Translations under genes and position numbers: made by a program
Notes under the pieces: model-generated
The model's database searches: none
Told to the model about the DNA's origin: nothing
What the model saw: the letters and a program-made list of their open reading frames with translations, nothing else
Origin: Ignisphaera sp.
GTDB lineage: Archaea; Thermoproteota; Thermoprotei_A; Sulfolobales; Ignisphaeraceae
Length of the DNA: 37,070 bases
Direction: 5' to 3'
Assembly (NCBI GenBank): GCA_038889075.1
Contig: JAWAHS010000001.1
Location: 409,069-446,138 of the forward strand
Part shown: in pieces, positions 1 through 10,004 of the stretch
Layout: the number at the start of each line of letters is the position of its first letter
Position numbering within the stretch: the stretch's first letter is position 1

Positions 1-39
1 GCTTAAAAAGGTTTCTAAAGGAGACAACTAGAGTAAAGG

Positions 40-1077
40 TTGCACACAGTGTGTAGGGCTACCATAGGTATTACCATGGGAGATCCTGCTGGTGTGGGTC
101 CGGAGGTAGCCTTAAAGGCTCTACGTAAAGTAGACTATGGTAATGCAAGATACATCATTATAGGCGATTACAAGGTTCTCTTAAGAGCGCTAGATACCAT
201 CAAGTGTAGAGATCTTAGGATTGTGAAGATAAATCGTTTAGTAGAAATCGCAGAGCAGCTTAGAGAACCATATGTTATAGGGGTATATGATTTGGATAAC
301 GTTGCTTTGGACAATCTCGTCTATGGCAGGCCATCCACAATGGGCGGGAAGGCATCCTATGAATACATTGTTGAAGCTGTTAGGATGGCCATGGATGGCG
401 CACTGGACGCTCTTGTTACCATGCCTATAAGCAAGGAGAGTCTTAATATGGCTGGCTACAGATACTCAGGCCATACAGAGCTACTAGCCTTTCTAACAAA
501 CACAGATGCTGAGAACGTTAGAATGATGCTTATTGCAAAACATCTAAGAATAGTACATGTAACTACTCATGTGGCTTTGAGAAAGGTCCCTGATTTAATA
601 TCGAAAGAACGCATCCTTAAAACCATTGAATTGGCATGCAGATATCTAAAGGACTACTTCAACGTAGCTAAACCTAGAATTGCTGTAGCTGGTTTAAATC
701 CACATGCAGGTGAAGGTGGACTGTTTGGCGATGAAGAAATTAAGTATATAGTACCTGCTATCAAGGAGGCTAGGAATATGGATATCGATGTTTCAGGACC
801 CTATCCTCCAGATACCGTATTCTATCGAGCATACCACAATAGAGAATTCGATGCTGTGATTGCGATGTACCATGATCAGGGACACATAGCGCTGAAAATG
901 GTTGGCTTCATGGAAGGTGTAAATGTAACATTAGGATTACCCATAATCAGAACATCACCAGATCACGGAACGGTATGGGATAAGGCTGGCAAAGGTACAG
1001 CTGATGATACAGCCTCATATGAGGCTATAAGACTGGCCTTAGAGTTGGCTAAAAATAGGGCCAAGGAATATCGATAG
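40..1077 (+). CDS. pdxA: PdxA-family dehydrogenase (4-hydroxythreonine-4-phosphate dehydrogenase, or PdxA2-type D-threonate/erythronate-4-phosphate dehydrogenase)
   Basis: Motifs ITMGDPAGVGPE, GHTE, GLNPHAGE, AMYHDQG, RTSPDHGT. Confidence 0.93.
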   Translation: MHTVCRATIGITMGDPAGVGPEVALKALRKVDYGNARYIIIGDYKVLLRALDTIKCRDLRIVKINRLVEIAEQLREPYVIGVYDLDNVALDNLVYGRPSTMGGKASYEYIVEAVRMAMDGALDALVTMPISKESLNMAGYRYSGHTELLAFLTNTDAENVRMMLIAKHLRIVHVTTHVALRKVPDLISKERILKTIELACRYLKDYFNVAKPRIAVAGLNPHAGEGGLFGDEEIKYIVPAIKEARNMDIDVSGPYPPDTVFYRAYHNREFDAVIAMYHDQGHIALKMVGFMEGVNVTLGLPIIRTSPDHGTVWDKAGKGTADDTASYEAIRLALELAKNRAKEYR

Positions 1078-1180
1078 CCATTCTCTATAGGCAAAATTGT
1101 TAAAAGTAGCACTGGCGAGGATGATTATACTCTAAGATGTCAATAGACCTTGAGAGACGACCACCTATCGCTCATCATAT

Positions 1181-1483
1181 TCATCTTAACTCTTTCTTTC
1201 TTCTTGCATACATCTCTATTTGTAAAACCCTCATCTCTACGGAATTGATAACTTCAGTTTGCCTAGCGAAATATGCATGGAAAGCTAAACCTATTCCCCA
1301 GCCAGCTAATGGCCATATAAACCATATAACGTGCGGGCTACTCCATAGATTAATGAATGCCAGAAAAGCATTGATAATAATGTATGCAACTAAATGTATG
1401 TTGAATCCTCGTTTGGCCTCCCTTACCTCAAGCTCCTTCCAAGCCTCAATGAATTCCTTTAATGTAATTTCATTATTACCCAT
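1181..1483 (-). CDS. 2TM-domain membrane protein
   Basis: Pattern GFxxHLxxYxxxN...WFIWPxxGWGIGLAFH typical of the 2TM family. Confidence 0.85.
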   Translation of the reverse strand: MGNNEITLKEFIEAWKELEVREAKRGFNIHLVAYIIINAFLAFINLWSSPHVIWFIWPLAGWGIGLAFHAYFARQTEVINSVEMRVLQIEMYARRKKELR

Positions 1484-1742
1484 ATTTACAGCACCTTTAC
1501 ATCGAAATTGAATTGGTTAGAAAGATAAAATACTTTCTATAACATAGTGATATAGCTAGAGGTCCTAAACAGTACTGCAGAGGCTATAAATTTTTAGATA
1601 CTCTACACATCTACAGAATAATTAATTGAAACTATTTAAAAGGTATCGAAAATTCTATAGGGTCTGGGATGCGTTACCACGTGTTTATGATAAATAAAGT
1701 GATGAAATGGCTTTTCTGTTTCAAAAAACAGATTTGATTTCC

Positions 1743-3245
1743 TTACCTTCTAGGACCCTCTCTATGTTGTGGAACTTCTGATAGTTTTTGAATTGAATTA
1801 AGCTGATGCTCAATGGAATTTAATATTCCTAAAGCTTTTGATGCATAGGCTAATGCCTCTGTATACCTACCGTTTCCATACGACTCTTCAGCTTTTTCAA
1901 TTAGGTTCTCTGCTTCATTTATTTTCTCTTCTATAAGTGGAATAAGTTTTTCTTCAATGTTTTTAATTGCCATACATGCTGGTGGAGGTGGGTATATGGC
2001 TATACAGACAATGTTCTTTATAGCTTCTTTAATTTCGGTAAATTTATTGTTGACTTTTTTGAGCTTCTCTTTAGCTTCACTAATAGCTTTCCTAGCTAAC
2101 TCTTCAATTTTTACACCAAGTTTTTTACCAATTTCACCGACTGTCATCTCTATCTCTTTCTCAATGGTCTTTACCGCTATCCTTACCTTCGCCAATTTGC
2201 TTAGAATTGTATGTACATCCTGCGTTGTATTTACCGCTTGGAGTTTCCCTCTAATTTCACTAACGACGATAGTTAGATTGTCTATCCTTTCTACAATATC
2301 TGTCAGATTTGCATCCAGAGCGCGATCTCTAAGTTGGTTAAGCTCCTCTAGAATTTCACCAATGGTACGGTTGGCGATCTCTATGAGCATCTCAATGGAT
2401 TTATTAAATGCTTCTCTAACCCTCTCCCTAATTCTCTCCATCTCTCGAATTTGAATCATCGCTGCAACTTCTGCGGATATATTTGCAACAATTCTTTTAG
2501 CCAACCTTACGTGCTCCTCAGCTTCTTCAAGGGCTTTTATGATGTTCTCTGAAGCATTCATAACTCTAAGCTTCTCTATAGTCTTATTCAACACATTTAG
2601 AGATTTCTCTAAGTCTATAGCAACCTTCTCTAAACCTCTAACCTCGCCTCCGATAACAGCAGTTATATCGTTACTAATACGCTTCCTTACAACCTCTGCA
2701 AACCTTTCAGCCTTCTTAGCTTCAATTTCTCTAGCAGCATTTCTATACATCTTGAAGAGATGATTTACATCCCTAGCCCGAGTTGCGTTAGCTATAATTT
2801 CATCAATATTAATGCTAACATTGTAGTGTCTTACATGTACTCTAAACCTATTCTCTAGGGCTATCTTAAGACCATTTAAATACCTCTCAAGGACTATGCC
2901 AACCTTGTATGCTCTGCCCTCTCTAACTTCACTAGCAATCTGTGATAGTAGATTGGATGCGTTTCGAATCCACTCTTTAAGTTCAACTGAAGAGAGACTG
3001 CTGATATTTACAGTAAGTAGGCTCTGGATTTCATTCCTAAGTGCATCAGAAATGTTTAGCGTTAACGCATTGGTGAGCATGGCCAATAGTACCTGAGCTT
3101 TGGCATACTCAATGCTAGTATTGCTAGCATTTACACTTTGTGCAGCTACATATTGTAGTGCCATCGATGATGCCATTACTGGGGATAGAGATAGTAATAC
3201 CATTGCTATTATAAGTGTTGCAACCATGTTTCTTAGAGTCTTCAT
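1743..3245 (-). CDS. Exported long coiled-coil protein of unknown function
   Basis: 500-aa ORF; N-terminal signal peptide; heptad-rich E/K/I/L/A helices; CIAIYPPPPAC loop; GAGG SD-like motif upstream. Confidence 0.8.
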   Translation of the reverse strand: MKTLRNMVATLIIAMVLLSLSPVMASSMALQYVAAQSVNASNTSIEYAKAQVLLAMLTNALTLNISDALRNEIQSLLTVNISSLSSVELKEWIRNASNLLSQIASEVREGRAYKVGIVLERYLNGLKIALENRFRVHVRHYNVSINIDEIIANATRARDVNHLFKMYRNAAREIEAKKAERFAEVVRKRISNDITAVIGGEVRGLEKVAIDLEKSLNVLNKTIEKLRVMNASENIIKALEEAEEHVRLAKRIVANISAEVAAMIQIREMERIRERVREAFNKSIEMLIEIANRTIGEILEELNQLRDRALDANLTDIVERIDNLTIVVSEIRGKLQAVNTTQDVHTILSKLAKVRIAVKTIEKEIEMTVGEIGKKLGVKIEELARKAISEAKEKLKKVNNKFTEIKEAIKNIVCIAIYPPPPACMAIKNIEEKLIPLIEEKINEAENLIEKAEESYGNGRYTEALAYASKALGILNSIEHQLNSIQKLSEVPQHREGPRR

Positions 3246-3536
3246 CTGTTTTCAACCTCAGGAGTAGAGATTTGTAGTAGGGGGCTATTTAGAGACTCGC
3301 TGGAAAGAGAGTTTCATATATATTGAATAGACTATAGACGGTAAATAAAGTGAAAGAAAGTTGCAGCAGGTCCTAGCACAAAGCATGGAACTACTGTGAG
3401 AAAACAGTTTTGTCAATACATCATACACTCTATCACGATTGTCATCCACAGAACTTCATCATTTCTAGAAATAGTTGCGATATTTCATACCAGTGGTGAT
3501 TCCACAGATATTGAAGTAGTTGCTAAAGTTAAAAAA

Positions 3537-5087
3537 TCAATTGATGAATTGGCCTAAATTTTCTATTGCTTTATCTGCCTGTATAAGCCCACTACCAATA
3601 GCCGAACTATCCCATTTCAATACTATTTGCCTACCAAAGGGATCTATGACAGTTGCATCGTACCATTCTATACTATAGGTTGATTCTTCAAGTAACGATT
3701 CAGCCTTTTCCTGATCTAGATCTATTTCACCATTATCCTCGAGATCTTTCTGTAGTACAAGGGCAAGGATTCCACTTACATGTGGTGTTGCCATCGATGT
3801 TCCACCCAAATAGTAGTACTGCCCTGGTTTTCCATTAGCCCAGTAGGGTGGGTGTGCTGCACCATAGGCTGTGTAGGGTCCTACAACCCAGCTACCGGGA
3901 GCCAGAACATCTAAATCTTGATTCTCTTTTTCTCTTCCACTAAACTCTGCAACATAGATCTGACCCTTTAGGTCCTCACCTTCAGGTACATCTGCTCTCC
4001 ACCACCATCCCGGTATGCTCCATTCGCCGATCCACCCAGCTGCCCCAACAGATATCACCGGCTCGTATGCTCCTGGGTAGTCCATGCCTAGCTCGCCACG
4101 GTTGCCGGCTGCAGCCACTATAAACACCCCCTTCTGAATGGCATAGTCTATAGCAGCTTTCTCTAAAGGTGTAAGCCTAGCTCCTCCTAAGCTCATACTT
4201 ATTATAATAGGATTCACGATGCCTTTAGGAGGCAGTACATCCCCACCGGATTCTTTCTCAGCCACATAAAGCCGTGCTATATACATTATCCCAGCTGCAA
4301 CATCTGTTGAAAAGCCCCAACCAGCGTTACTCAGCACCTTAACTGGTATTATCCTAGCCCCTGGTGCAACACCATCTACTCTGTAGAATCCGTAGACATC
4401 GAAGCCTATTATGGTGCTAATCACATGCATACCATGGCCGTTTGTATCAGCCTCCCATGCATTTCTATTCAACACCTCTCCAGTAACCCAGTATGCTGTT
4501 GCCATAGCTCCTAGGAAAGCTGCACCAAATTCTGATACCACCCTATCCTCTGGGAAATAGCTCCTCCACTGGGGCTCTAAACCTGTATCCAACACCGCTA
4601 TGTAAACACCAGAACCATCTAATTTATAGTATTCGTGTACCGTCGGTATATTGACTAGATCTAGATTCCATGAGAAGCGAGAGTGGTGGAGAGTACAATT
4701 AGATGGGATGGCCTCAGACAATGTTTCGACAATTCCAGCGATATCCATGTTTGAAACTCCATCAAGATTTCTTAAATTATCCAATTTATTTACATTTATT
4801 GCAACGGCAATACCGTTTATTTCATTGAATATGTATATAACTTTACCACCGAGCTTCCTTATCATCAGTATATCATCCTCGGCTATAGAGCGGGAAAACA
4901 CTATTTCGACAATCACTACCCCATTGTTTTTAGTGGATGCCTCAGCTTCCATAAGAGGTGCTAGCCACATTAATACTAGGAGGCATAGCATTGAAACTAC
5001 CACCATATTGGTAAACCGTGGGTTTTTCAACGCATCCACCCATAGAGTTAATGCTCGACCGAGGAATAAAAATATTCTCTTCACCAA
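3537..5087 (-). CDS. Subtilisin-like S8 serine protease with signal peptide and I9-like prodomain; true start probably internal (MVVVSM)
   Basis: Catalytic triad VLDTG / HGMHV / GTSMATPHV; oxyanion motif AAAGN. Confidence 0.93.
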   Translation of the reverse strand: MVKRIFLFLGRALTLWVDALKNPRFTNMVVVSMLCLLVLMWLAPLMEAEASTKNNGVVIVEIVFSRSIAEDDILMIRKLGGKVIYIFNEINGIAVAINVNKLDNLRNLDGVSNMDIAGIVETLSEAIPSNCTLHHSRFSWNLDLVNIPTVHEYYKLDGSGVYIAVLDTGLEPQWRSYFPEDRVVSEFGAAFLGAMATAYWVTGEVLNRNAWEADTNGHGMHVISTIIGFDVYGFYRVDGVAPGARIIPVKVLSNAGWGFSTDVAAGIMYIARLYVAEKESGGDVLPPKGIVNPIIISMSLGGARLTPLEKAAIDYAIQKGVFIVAAAGNRGELGMDYPGAYEPVISVGAAGWIGEWSIPGWWWRADVPEGEDLKGQIYVAEFSGREKENQDLDVLAPGSWVVGPYTAYGAAHPPYWANGKPGQYYYLGGTSMATPHVSGILALVLQKDLEDNGEIDLDQEKAESLLEESTYSIEWYDATVIDPFGRQIVLKWDSSAIGSGLIQADKAIENLGQFIN

Positions 5088-5419
5088 TAATCCTCTAGAT
5101 ATATGGATAGCAATCCTACGGACAATTTACATAGAGCTTATCGATGCTAAAGGAGCTGGTTAACTTTACATCCTAGAGTCCACAACTCCAATGTATTTGC
5201 AATTTATCTATATATGGTGGTTTAATGTAGTTCAAAGTGAATTGCAGGATTTTGAATTAGAAATAAGAATGCTGTATGTATACGGTGTACAATATTTTTG
5301 TTGATCATATGCAATTATATAAGCGGTTCCGGTACTCTATGCTCTATGTATAGCCTTAATTTTCTTTAATATTTTTAGGCATAGCTTTCCTACAACTACA
5401 TAGAAGGTGATGGTAGATT

Positions 5420-6154
5420 ATGAGTATTAAAAGTGCTACTCTGCTTGTTATGGGAATTATTCTTTTTGTAATTGGCTGGATAGTCATGCTCAGTGGTATT
5501 GAGGTAAAGACGTGTAGCTCAAGCTTCTATGTTCCGAGGGGTTATGAGGGTGAGTTTAAGTTAAGCTATACTGAATGGCTGTATTGGACTAACGTACCGT
5601 TAAATGTAAGCGGTTTTTACGTGAAGGCAAATATTACTAAAACCTTTGAATTCACCATCAATAAGTCGATAGGCTGGCTAAACCTTGTAATCATTGGCGA
5701 ACCTGCTAAGCAGGACTATAGCGGATCTCTGGTTATAGCAAATGCAACAGATCCTTCACAGACAATAGTAGCTCTATCTCTACATCCTATGCAGAGCGTT
5801 GGTGGTAAAGGTATGAATATCACATCTATGTTCCTTCAATCACTTCAACCTGGTAGGTACATCCTCTCACTAACCCTTAATACAGATGCATACATCAACC
5901 GGATTTCGATAGCGGGGCCTAGCGCAACTGAAACAGAGAAGTTGATGCCTAAGATAACATTTACACCATCTACATACGATCAGATAACCATAAGCTACAC
6001 ATGTGGTATCCAATTCACAAATACAATCGTATCTGTAATAATGATGTCTGTAGGCATGGCTACAACAGTTGCATCGGCTATAGCAGTACAGCTACGGGAG
6101 AGACCCTTACTTAAAGTTGGTATACGGGGGTTGAAGAAGACTAAAAAACGCTAA
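5420..6154 (+). CDS. Membrane protein with two TM helices flanking a beta-rich external domain
   Basis: N- and C-terminal hydrophobic helices, basic tail, AGGTGA SD upstream. Confidence 0.75.
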   Translation: MSIKSATLLVMGIILFVIGWIVMLSGIEVKTCSSSFYVPRGYEGEFKLSYTEWLYWTNVPLNVSGFYVKANITKTFEFTINKSIGWLNLVIIGEPAKQDYSGSLVIANATDPSQTIVALSLHPMQSVGGKGMNITSMFLQSLQPGRYILSLTLNTDAYINRISIAGPSATETEKLMPKITFTPSTYDQITISYTCGIQFTNTIVSVIMMSVGMATTVASAIAVQLRERPLLKVGIRGLKKTKKR

Positions 6155-6262
6155 CCCCTATACAAAGGTGGATTACCGTAGTATAATTTGCACCAATCTT
6201 ACTCTCTTAATACAACCAATCGTAGGTGCCATGGTTGTGCAGCATTTGTTATTTTAAAATAA

Positions 6263-6565
6263 CTAAGCTTTACACGACTCTTTTACCTTATCTACAGCCA
6301 TTCCCCAGAACATTTTTGCAAAGAAGTTTGCTGGTTCTACTACAATCTCTATCCCTCCATCCCCTGAAACAATTTTTATCGGATTTTCAGAAACCAATCG
6401 GCATCCACCATGTTTTTCCACAACCTCTAAAGCCTTAAGAATATCACTGTGCCCCAGAATCTCTCCACAGATCGTATCATTGGCTGTATTCACCGTAACC
6501 TTGATCAGAGCCCCACTATAGTTGACAACCCTATCTATACATATCATTCTGTATCCCCAACCCAT
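6263..6565 (-). CDS. Hypothetical protein (start possibly at ATG 6547)
   Basis: 100-aa ORF with globular composition; GGGG SD-like motif before the second ATG. Confidence 0.6.
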   Translation of the reverse strand: MGWGYRMICIDRVVNYSGALIKVTVNTANDTICGEILGHSDILKALEVVEKHGGCRLVSENPIKIVSGDGGIEIVVEPANFFAKMFWGMAVDKVKESCKA

Positions 6566-6639
6566 ACTCTTCCAATCTTAGGAAATTAAAAAGCTTTCTA
6601 TAGTAGGTAATCTATTTAGGAGTGGTATGTTATCAGAGT

Positions 6640-6790
6640 CTGTGGGCTGTTGATGAGGGCTCTGCAAACCACTCTTCGTCAATGGACCTAGACTACCTAG
6701 CGATACCCCAGAGCCGTAAGCTGAGAGAAAAGGAGATAGATGGAACAAACCCATATCCACATAAACCGAAATTCGAGGTTCTTGAATGAT
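6640..6790 (+). mobile_element. Possible orphan TnpB 3'-end/omega-RNA-like remnant
   Basis: Non-coding block of higher GC that resembles, from memory, Thermoproteota tnpB tails; shares ACATAAACC with the tail of the intact tnpB here. Confidence 0.35.
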
Positions 6791-6988
6791 GATTGCATCC
6801 TGAGACCGGGATTCTTGAACACATGATAGGCTAGCAACAGACTGGTGTCTGAAGACCAACAATTTGTTGCTAATCCATAGCTCAAAGTATGTTCAAGATA
6901 AGTTGTGCCCAGCTAAGGCGTATTCACAGAGCTAAAGCTATTCTGTAATGGAAGCTGTGATACTTTATTGAATGCAGTTCATCTATAT

Positions 6989-8179
6989 CTACTGTAAACA
7001 CTTCGAGAGCCAGTGAAGAGCATCTTCCTGCATCCTTACATCAAATTTATGAGGTGTGTCGTAGAACATGCCGATATAGTTTCCCTCAAAACCCATTTTT
7101 TTATATATATCCTCTAACTTTCTATGTGCATTTAGCTGTCCCTGTAGCGGAAAAATAGCATCTTTGGTAGCATATTGGACAAGCAAAGGGTTTGGACCAT
7201 GCAATGAAACTATATCGGGTAAATCAAAATATTGTGCTAATCTTGGTATATTTAGAATCCATGTATGGTACTTCAAATGGCTCCCTATCATATCTTTTAA
7301 TGTACTCATAAATCCAACAACAACCGTACACTTTACCCTATCGTCTAAGGCTGATAGAAGTATTGATCGTAGACCTCCACCCGAAAGACCTATGCATCCT
7401 ATTCTCGTTGTATCTATAATATCACGTTGAACTGCTGTAATAAAGTCGATGCTTCTCATGTCCTCAAATACTATAGCTCCCGCTAATGTTAGACCCAAGG
7501 TAATGAAGGTCTTTGCAGCGATAGCTTCAAGATCTACTGCAATCTTGTTGTATTCCTCAATGAATCTATCTAGATCAATATGATTCTGCTCCTCACGATT
7601 AGATATTTTGTTGCCAGTGGTACCTATGTCAATCTTTCTACTACCAAATAAAAATACGTCGATAGCCAGTACAGCAAATCCTTGTTGTGCCAATTCAGAG
7701 GCCAAGTTCCTACCATCGTAATATCTCTCTTTAAATAATCTTAAAATCTGTGGCTCATTTTCTATTCTACACACTTTTTCTTTTCCATAGAATTTAAAGC
7801 CCCCATGGTCGTGAAGAGCTATTATCAAAGGCAACTTCTCCTTAACATTCTTTGGATAAATTAGGAAACCTTCTGTTCTAGGACCAAATGGCATATCATA
7901 TGAAAACCATTCCATAGTAGTAGTATGAAAATCGAATACATGTTTCACCGTAGAGTTGAATGGTGTACCTCTATATAGATTGAAAAACGAAAGATTAAGC
8001 AAATTTTCAAGTTCTATACGTGCAACTCTTTTCCACACATATACATCAGACCATCTAGGTGATAAGTAGGAATATGGGGCAACATCAGGAACAAGGCTTT
8101 CCAAAAAACTGGTATATGCACCTAAATCCGCCATACCAGCATCCCACTTCCAAACTCTAATATCATCTATATCTACCAT
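6989..8179 (-). CDS. Alpha/beta hydrolase (dienelactone hydrolase/acetylxylan esterase-like)
   Basis: LHDHGG motif, nucleophile elbow GLSGGG, D (KDAIFP) and H (PHKF). Confidence 0.88.
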   Translation of the reverse strand: MVDIDDIRVWKWDAGMADLGAYTSFLESLVPDVAPYSYLSPRWSDVYVWKRVARIELENLLNLSFFNLYRGTPFNSTVKHVFDFHTTTMEWFSYDMPFGPRTEGFLIYPKNVKEKLPLIIALHDHGGFKFYGKEKVCRIENEPQILRLFKERYYDGRNLASELAQQGFAVLAIDVFLFGSRKIDIGTTGNKISNREEQNHIDLDRFIEEYNKIAVDLEAIAAKTFITLGLTLAGAIVFEDMRSIDFITAVQRDIIDTTRIGCIGLSGGGLRSILLSALDDRVKCTVVVGFMSTLKDMIGSHLKYHTWILNIPRLAQYFDLPDIVSLHGPNPLLVQYATKDAIFPLQGQLNAHRKLEDIYKKMGFEGNYIGMFYDTPHKFDVRMQEDALHWLSKCLQ

Positions 8180-8243
8180 ACTATATTTAAATGTATTGTT
8201 TAAAGATGCCCCTATTTAGAACCGCAATAGGGTTGGAGGATGT

Positions 8244-8331
8244 TGGTGCGGGGGGTGGGATTTGAACCCACGCAGGCCTATGCCAGCGGGTCTTAAGCCC
8301 GCCCCCTTTGACCTAGCTCGGGCACCCCCGC
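8244..8331 (-). tRNA. tRNA-Leu(UAA), intronless, CCA encoded
   Basis: Minus strand reads GCGGGGG...anticodon arm GCGGG-CTTAAGA-CCCGC, long variable arm, GGTTCAAATCC, CCCCCGC-A-CCA. Confidence 0.98.
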
Positions 8332-8413
8332 ATTATCTATATACATATGTCTTTAACTGTAGAGAATATTCTGTGTTAGGAGTTATAAGTCTTGTTAGAT
8401 ATCTTTCCAATGT

Positions 8414-8468
8414 GGTATGATGAGGTACGAGCGTGATGATTGATGATTGGTGTCAAAGGTGCTGAGAA
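8414..8468 (+). ncRNA. Box C/D sRNA candidate overlapping the 5' end of the THUMP gene
   Basis: C ATGATGA 8417-8423; 12-nt guide; D' ATGA 8436-8439; C' TTGATGA 8440-8446; 15-nt guide; D CTGA 8462-8465; TTATAA about 30 nt upstream. Confidence 0.75.
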
Positions 8469-8988
8469 TCTAAAGCTTATTATAACTACTGATGTAGGTC
8501 TTGAGAAGCTTGTATGCATAGATGTTGAGAATATCTTTCTGCTATCATCTATTGCAATATCTTGTATACCATTAGAGAATAGTGGTATTTCTGCTATATT
8601 ATCTGTGGACTCTGTAGATCCGTTCTATTTAGCTAAGATTGTTAGCTCTAGATATGTACGTGGATACTGGGCTATTCCAATACAGAGGGTCTGTAGAGCT
8701 TCATATGAGGAGATCGCTAAGGCTTCTATAGAGCTACTACTTATCTCCACGATTAATAGACCTAGTAGGATTATTGGGGTATGTAGGAAGAGGGGCTGGT
8801 GTGTAGATTCATGCTCGTCACTTTTAAGGTACATCGGTAGCATCATTGAATCCCTAGGAATTGCTGAAGTGGATTTCCATAGCTATGAATATGTTCTTAG
8901 AATTGAGGTAATACAGAACATTGCAGGCCTGACCCTCTATAGAAGAGGGTATGAAGATCTATTTAGAATTAGAAAACTATTTAGATAG
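8440..8988 (+). CDS. THUMP-domain RNA-binding protein
   Basis: LIITTDVGLEK start, IPIQRV, CRKRG, AEVDF...LRIEVI pattern. Confidence 0.75.
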   Translation: MMIGVKGAENLKLIITTDVGLEKLVCIDVENIFLLSSIAISCIPLENSGISAILSVDSVDPFYLAKIVSSRYVRGYWAIPIQRVCRASYEEIAKASIELLLISTINRPSRIIGVCRKRGWCVDSCSSLLRYIGSIIESLGIAEVDFHSYEYVLRIEVIQNIAGLTLYRRGYEDLFRIRKLFR

Positions 8989-9516
8989 AGACTTTGCAAG
9001 CTGTAGCGATGCCTTCCACACATTATCCTCCAGATGAGATATATTTGATATACACTTTCCCTTTACAGTCGGTGCTATACCTATTGAATCCATCAATGCT
9101 ATACCAACCACTATAAAATACCTCTCAGAGGGGTGCATTACAGCAACCAGCTGCCCCTTAGAGAAACTCCCAACCACCTTTCTGATGCCAGGAATCATAA
9201 TGTCGGCTCCTCTAAGTAACGGCTTAACAGCACCCTCATCAACAACAACGGTGGGAAGTATTCTCACACCCTTTGTATTATAGAAATAGTTCAAAGCATA
9301 GAGAGTAGGTATATATGCATCATATCCCTTCACTTTAAATAGCATTGGAGCTGAATCGAATACTATGATGCTAAAATCCTCATCGGATGCTAATCTAATT
9401 TCTTCGTACTGCTTCAAAGTATCTATAAAAATTCTATCTATTTCAGATCTAGCTTCAACACTCCTTAGAACCTCTTTCAATAACTTTTTAGAAAGATACT
9501 GAATCTTAAGCGACAT
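8977..9516 (-). CDS. Pre-PUA (DUF1947) + PUA RNA-binding protein, MCT-1/Tma20-like; start placed at MSLKIQY
   Basis: YIPTLY; VVVDEGAVKPLLRGADIMIPGI; GKCI...HLEDNVW. Confidence 0.9.
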   Translation of the reverse strand: MSLKIQYLSKKLLKEVLRSVEARSEIDRIFIDTLKQYEEIRLASDEDFSIIVFDSAPMLFKVKGYDAYIPTLYALNYFYNTKGVRILPTVVVDEGAVKPLLRGADIMIPGIRKVVGSFSKGQLVAVMHPSERYFIVVGIALMDSIGIAPTVKGKCISNISHLEDNVWKASLQLAKSLSK

Positions 9517-10004
9517 AGCCCCAAACCACATCCTATCCAGTTCCATACATAGCAGTATACTACCTATGTTAGTTAAAAACTGATATAAGCTAATAGGAAA
9601 TGCGATCATCTAATACCATAGTTCGATATATCCATCACTTCTCCATAAAACTCTCTTGAAAATGGTAGAGGGCTTCAAAGTATTATGGATGACAGAAAAT
9701 CGGAACTCTACCGATAGATGGCCACCACAACGCCGATCTTAAAATAATAGATGGTGGTACCTGCCTCCACGATTAGTGTGAAGCTAAATAATTTTAGGTT
9801 AGCATGTCCCTAGCCCTGCAAAACGTTGCTCATATCTGCAATAGATAAGATGGTATTGCTAAATCAGAGCTAGTCCATATCATGAACCTTTATAAATTTG
9901 TTTACAATATATTAAATTGCTATAGAGTATTGTCGCGCAATTCAGCTCGATGTCCATCATATTTCAATTCATTATAGAATAAATGCTATCTATTGGTGGC
10001 TTAA

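Noticed and set aside
3410-3465. Minus-strand C/D-like pattern (ATGATGA…ATGA…GTGATAG…TTGA)
   Set aside because: Degenerate D and C' boxes and no recognisable target; weak candidate only
6786-6853. ATGATGA…CTGA…CTGA as a C/D sRNA
   Set aside because: Only 7 nt between C and the first CTGA; geometry atypical
6578-6885. ORFs of 94 and 62 aa on the minus strand
   Set aside because: No recognisable motifs; region looks non-coding or relic
1-8331. Integrated element downstream of tRNA-Leu
   Set aside because: No integrase and no duplicate of the tRNA 3' end seen in the window
9685-9740. TGGATGA…CCGA…TAGATGG…CCGA C/D-like pattern and a 26-aa ORF
   Set aside because: All boxes degenerate; no supporting target or motif
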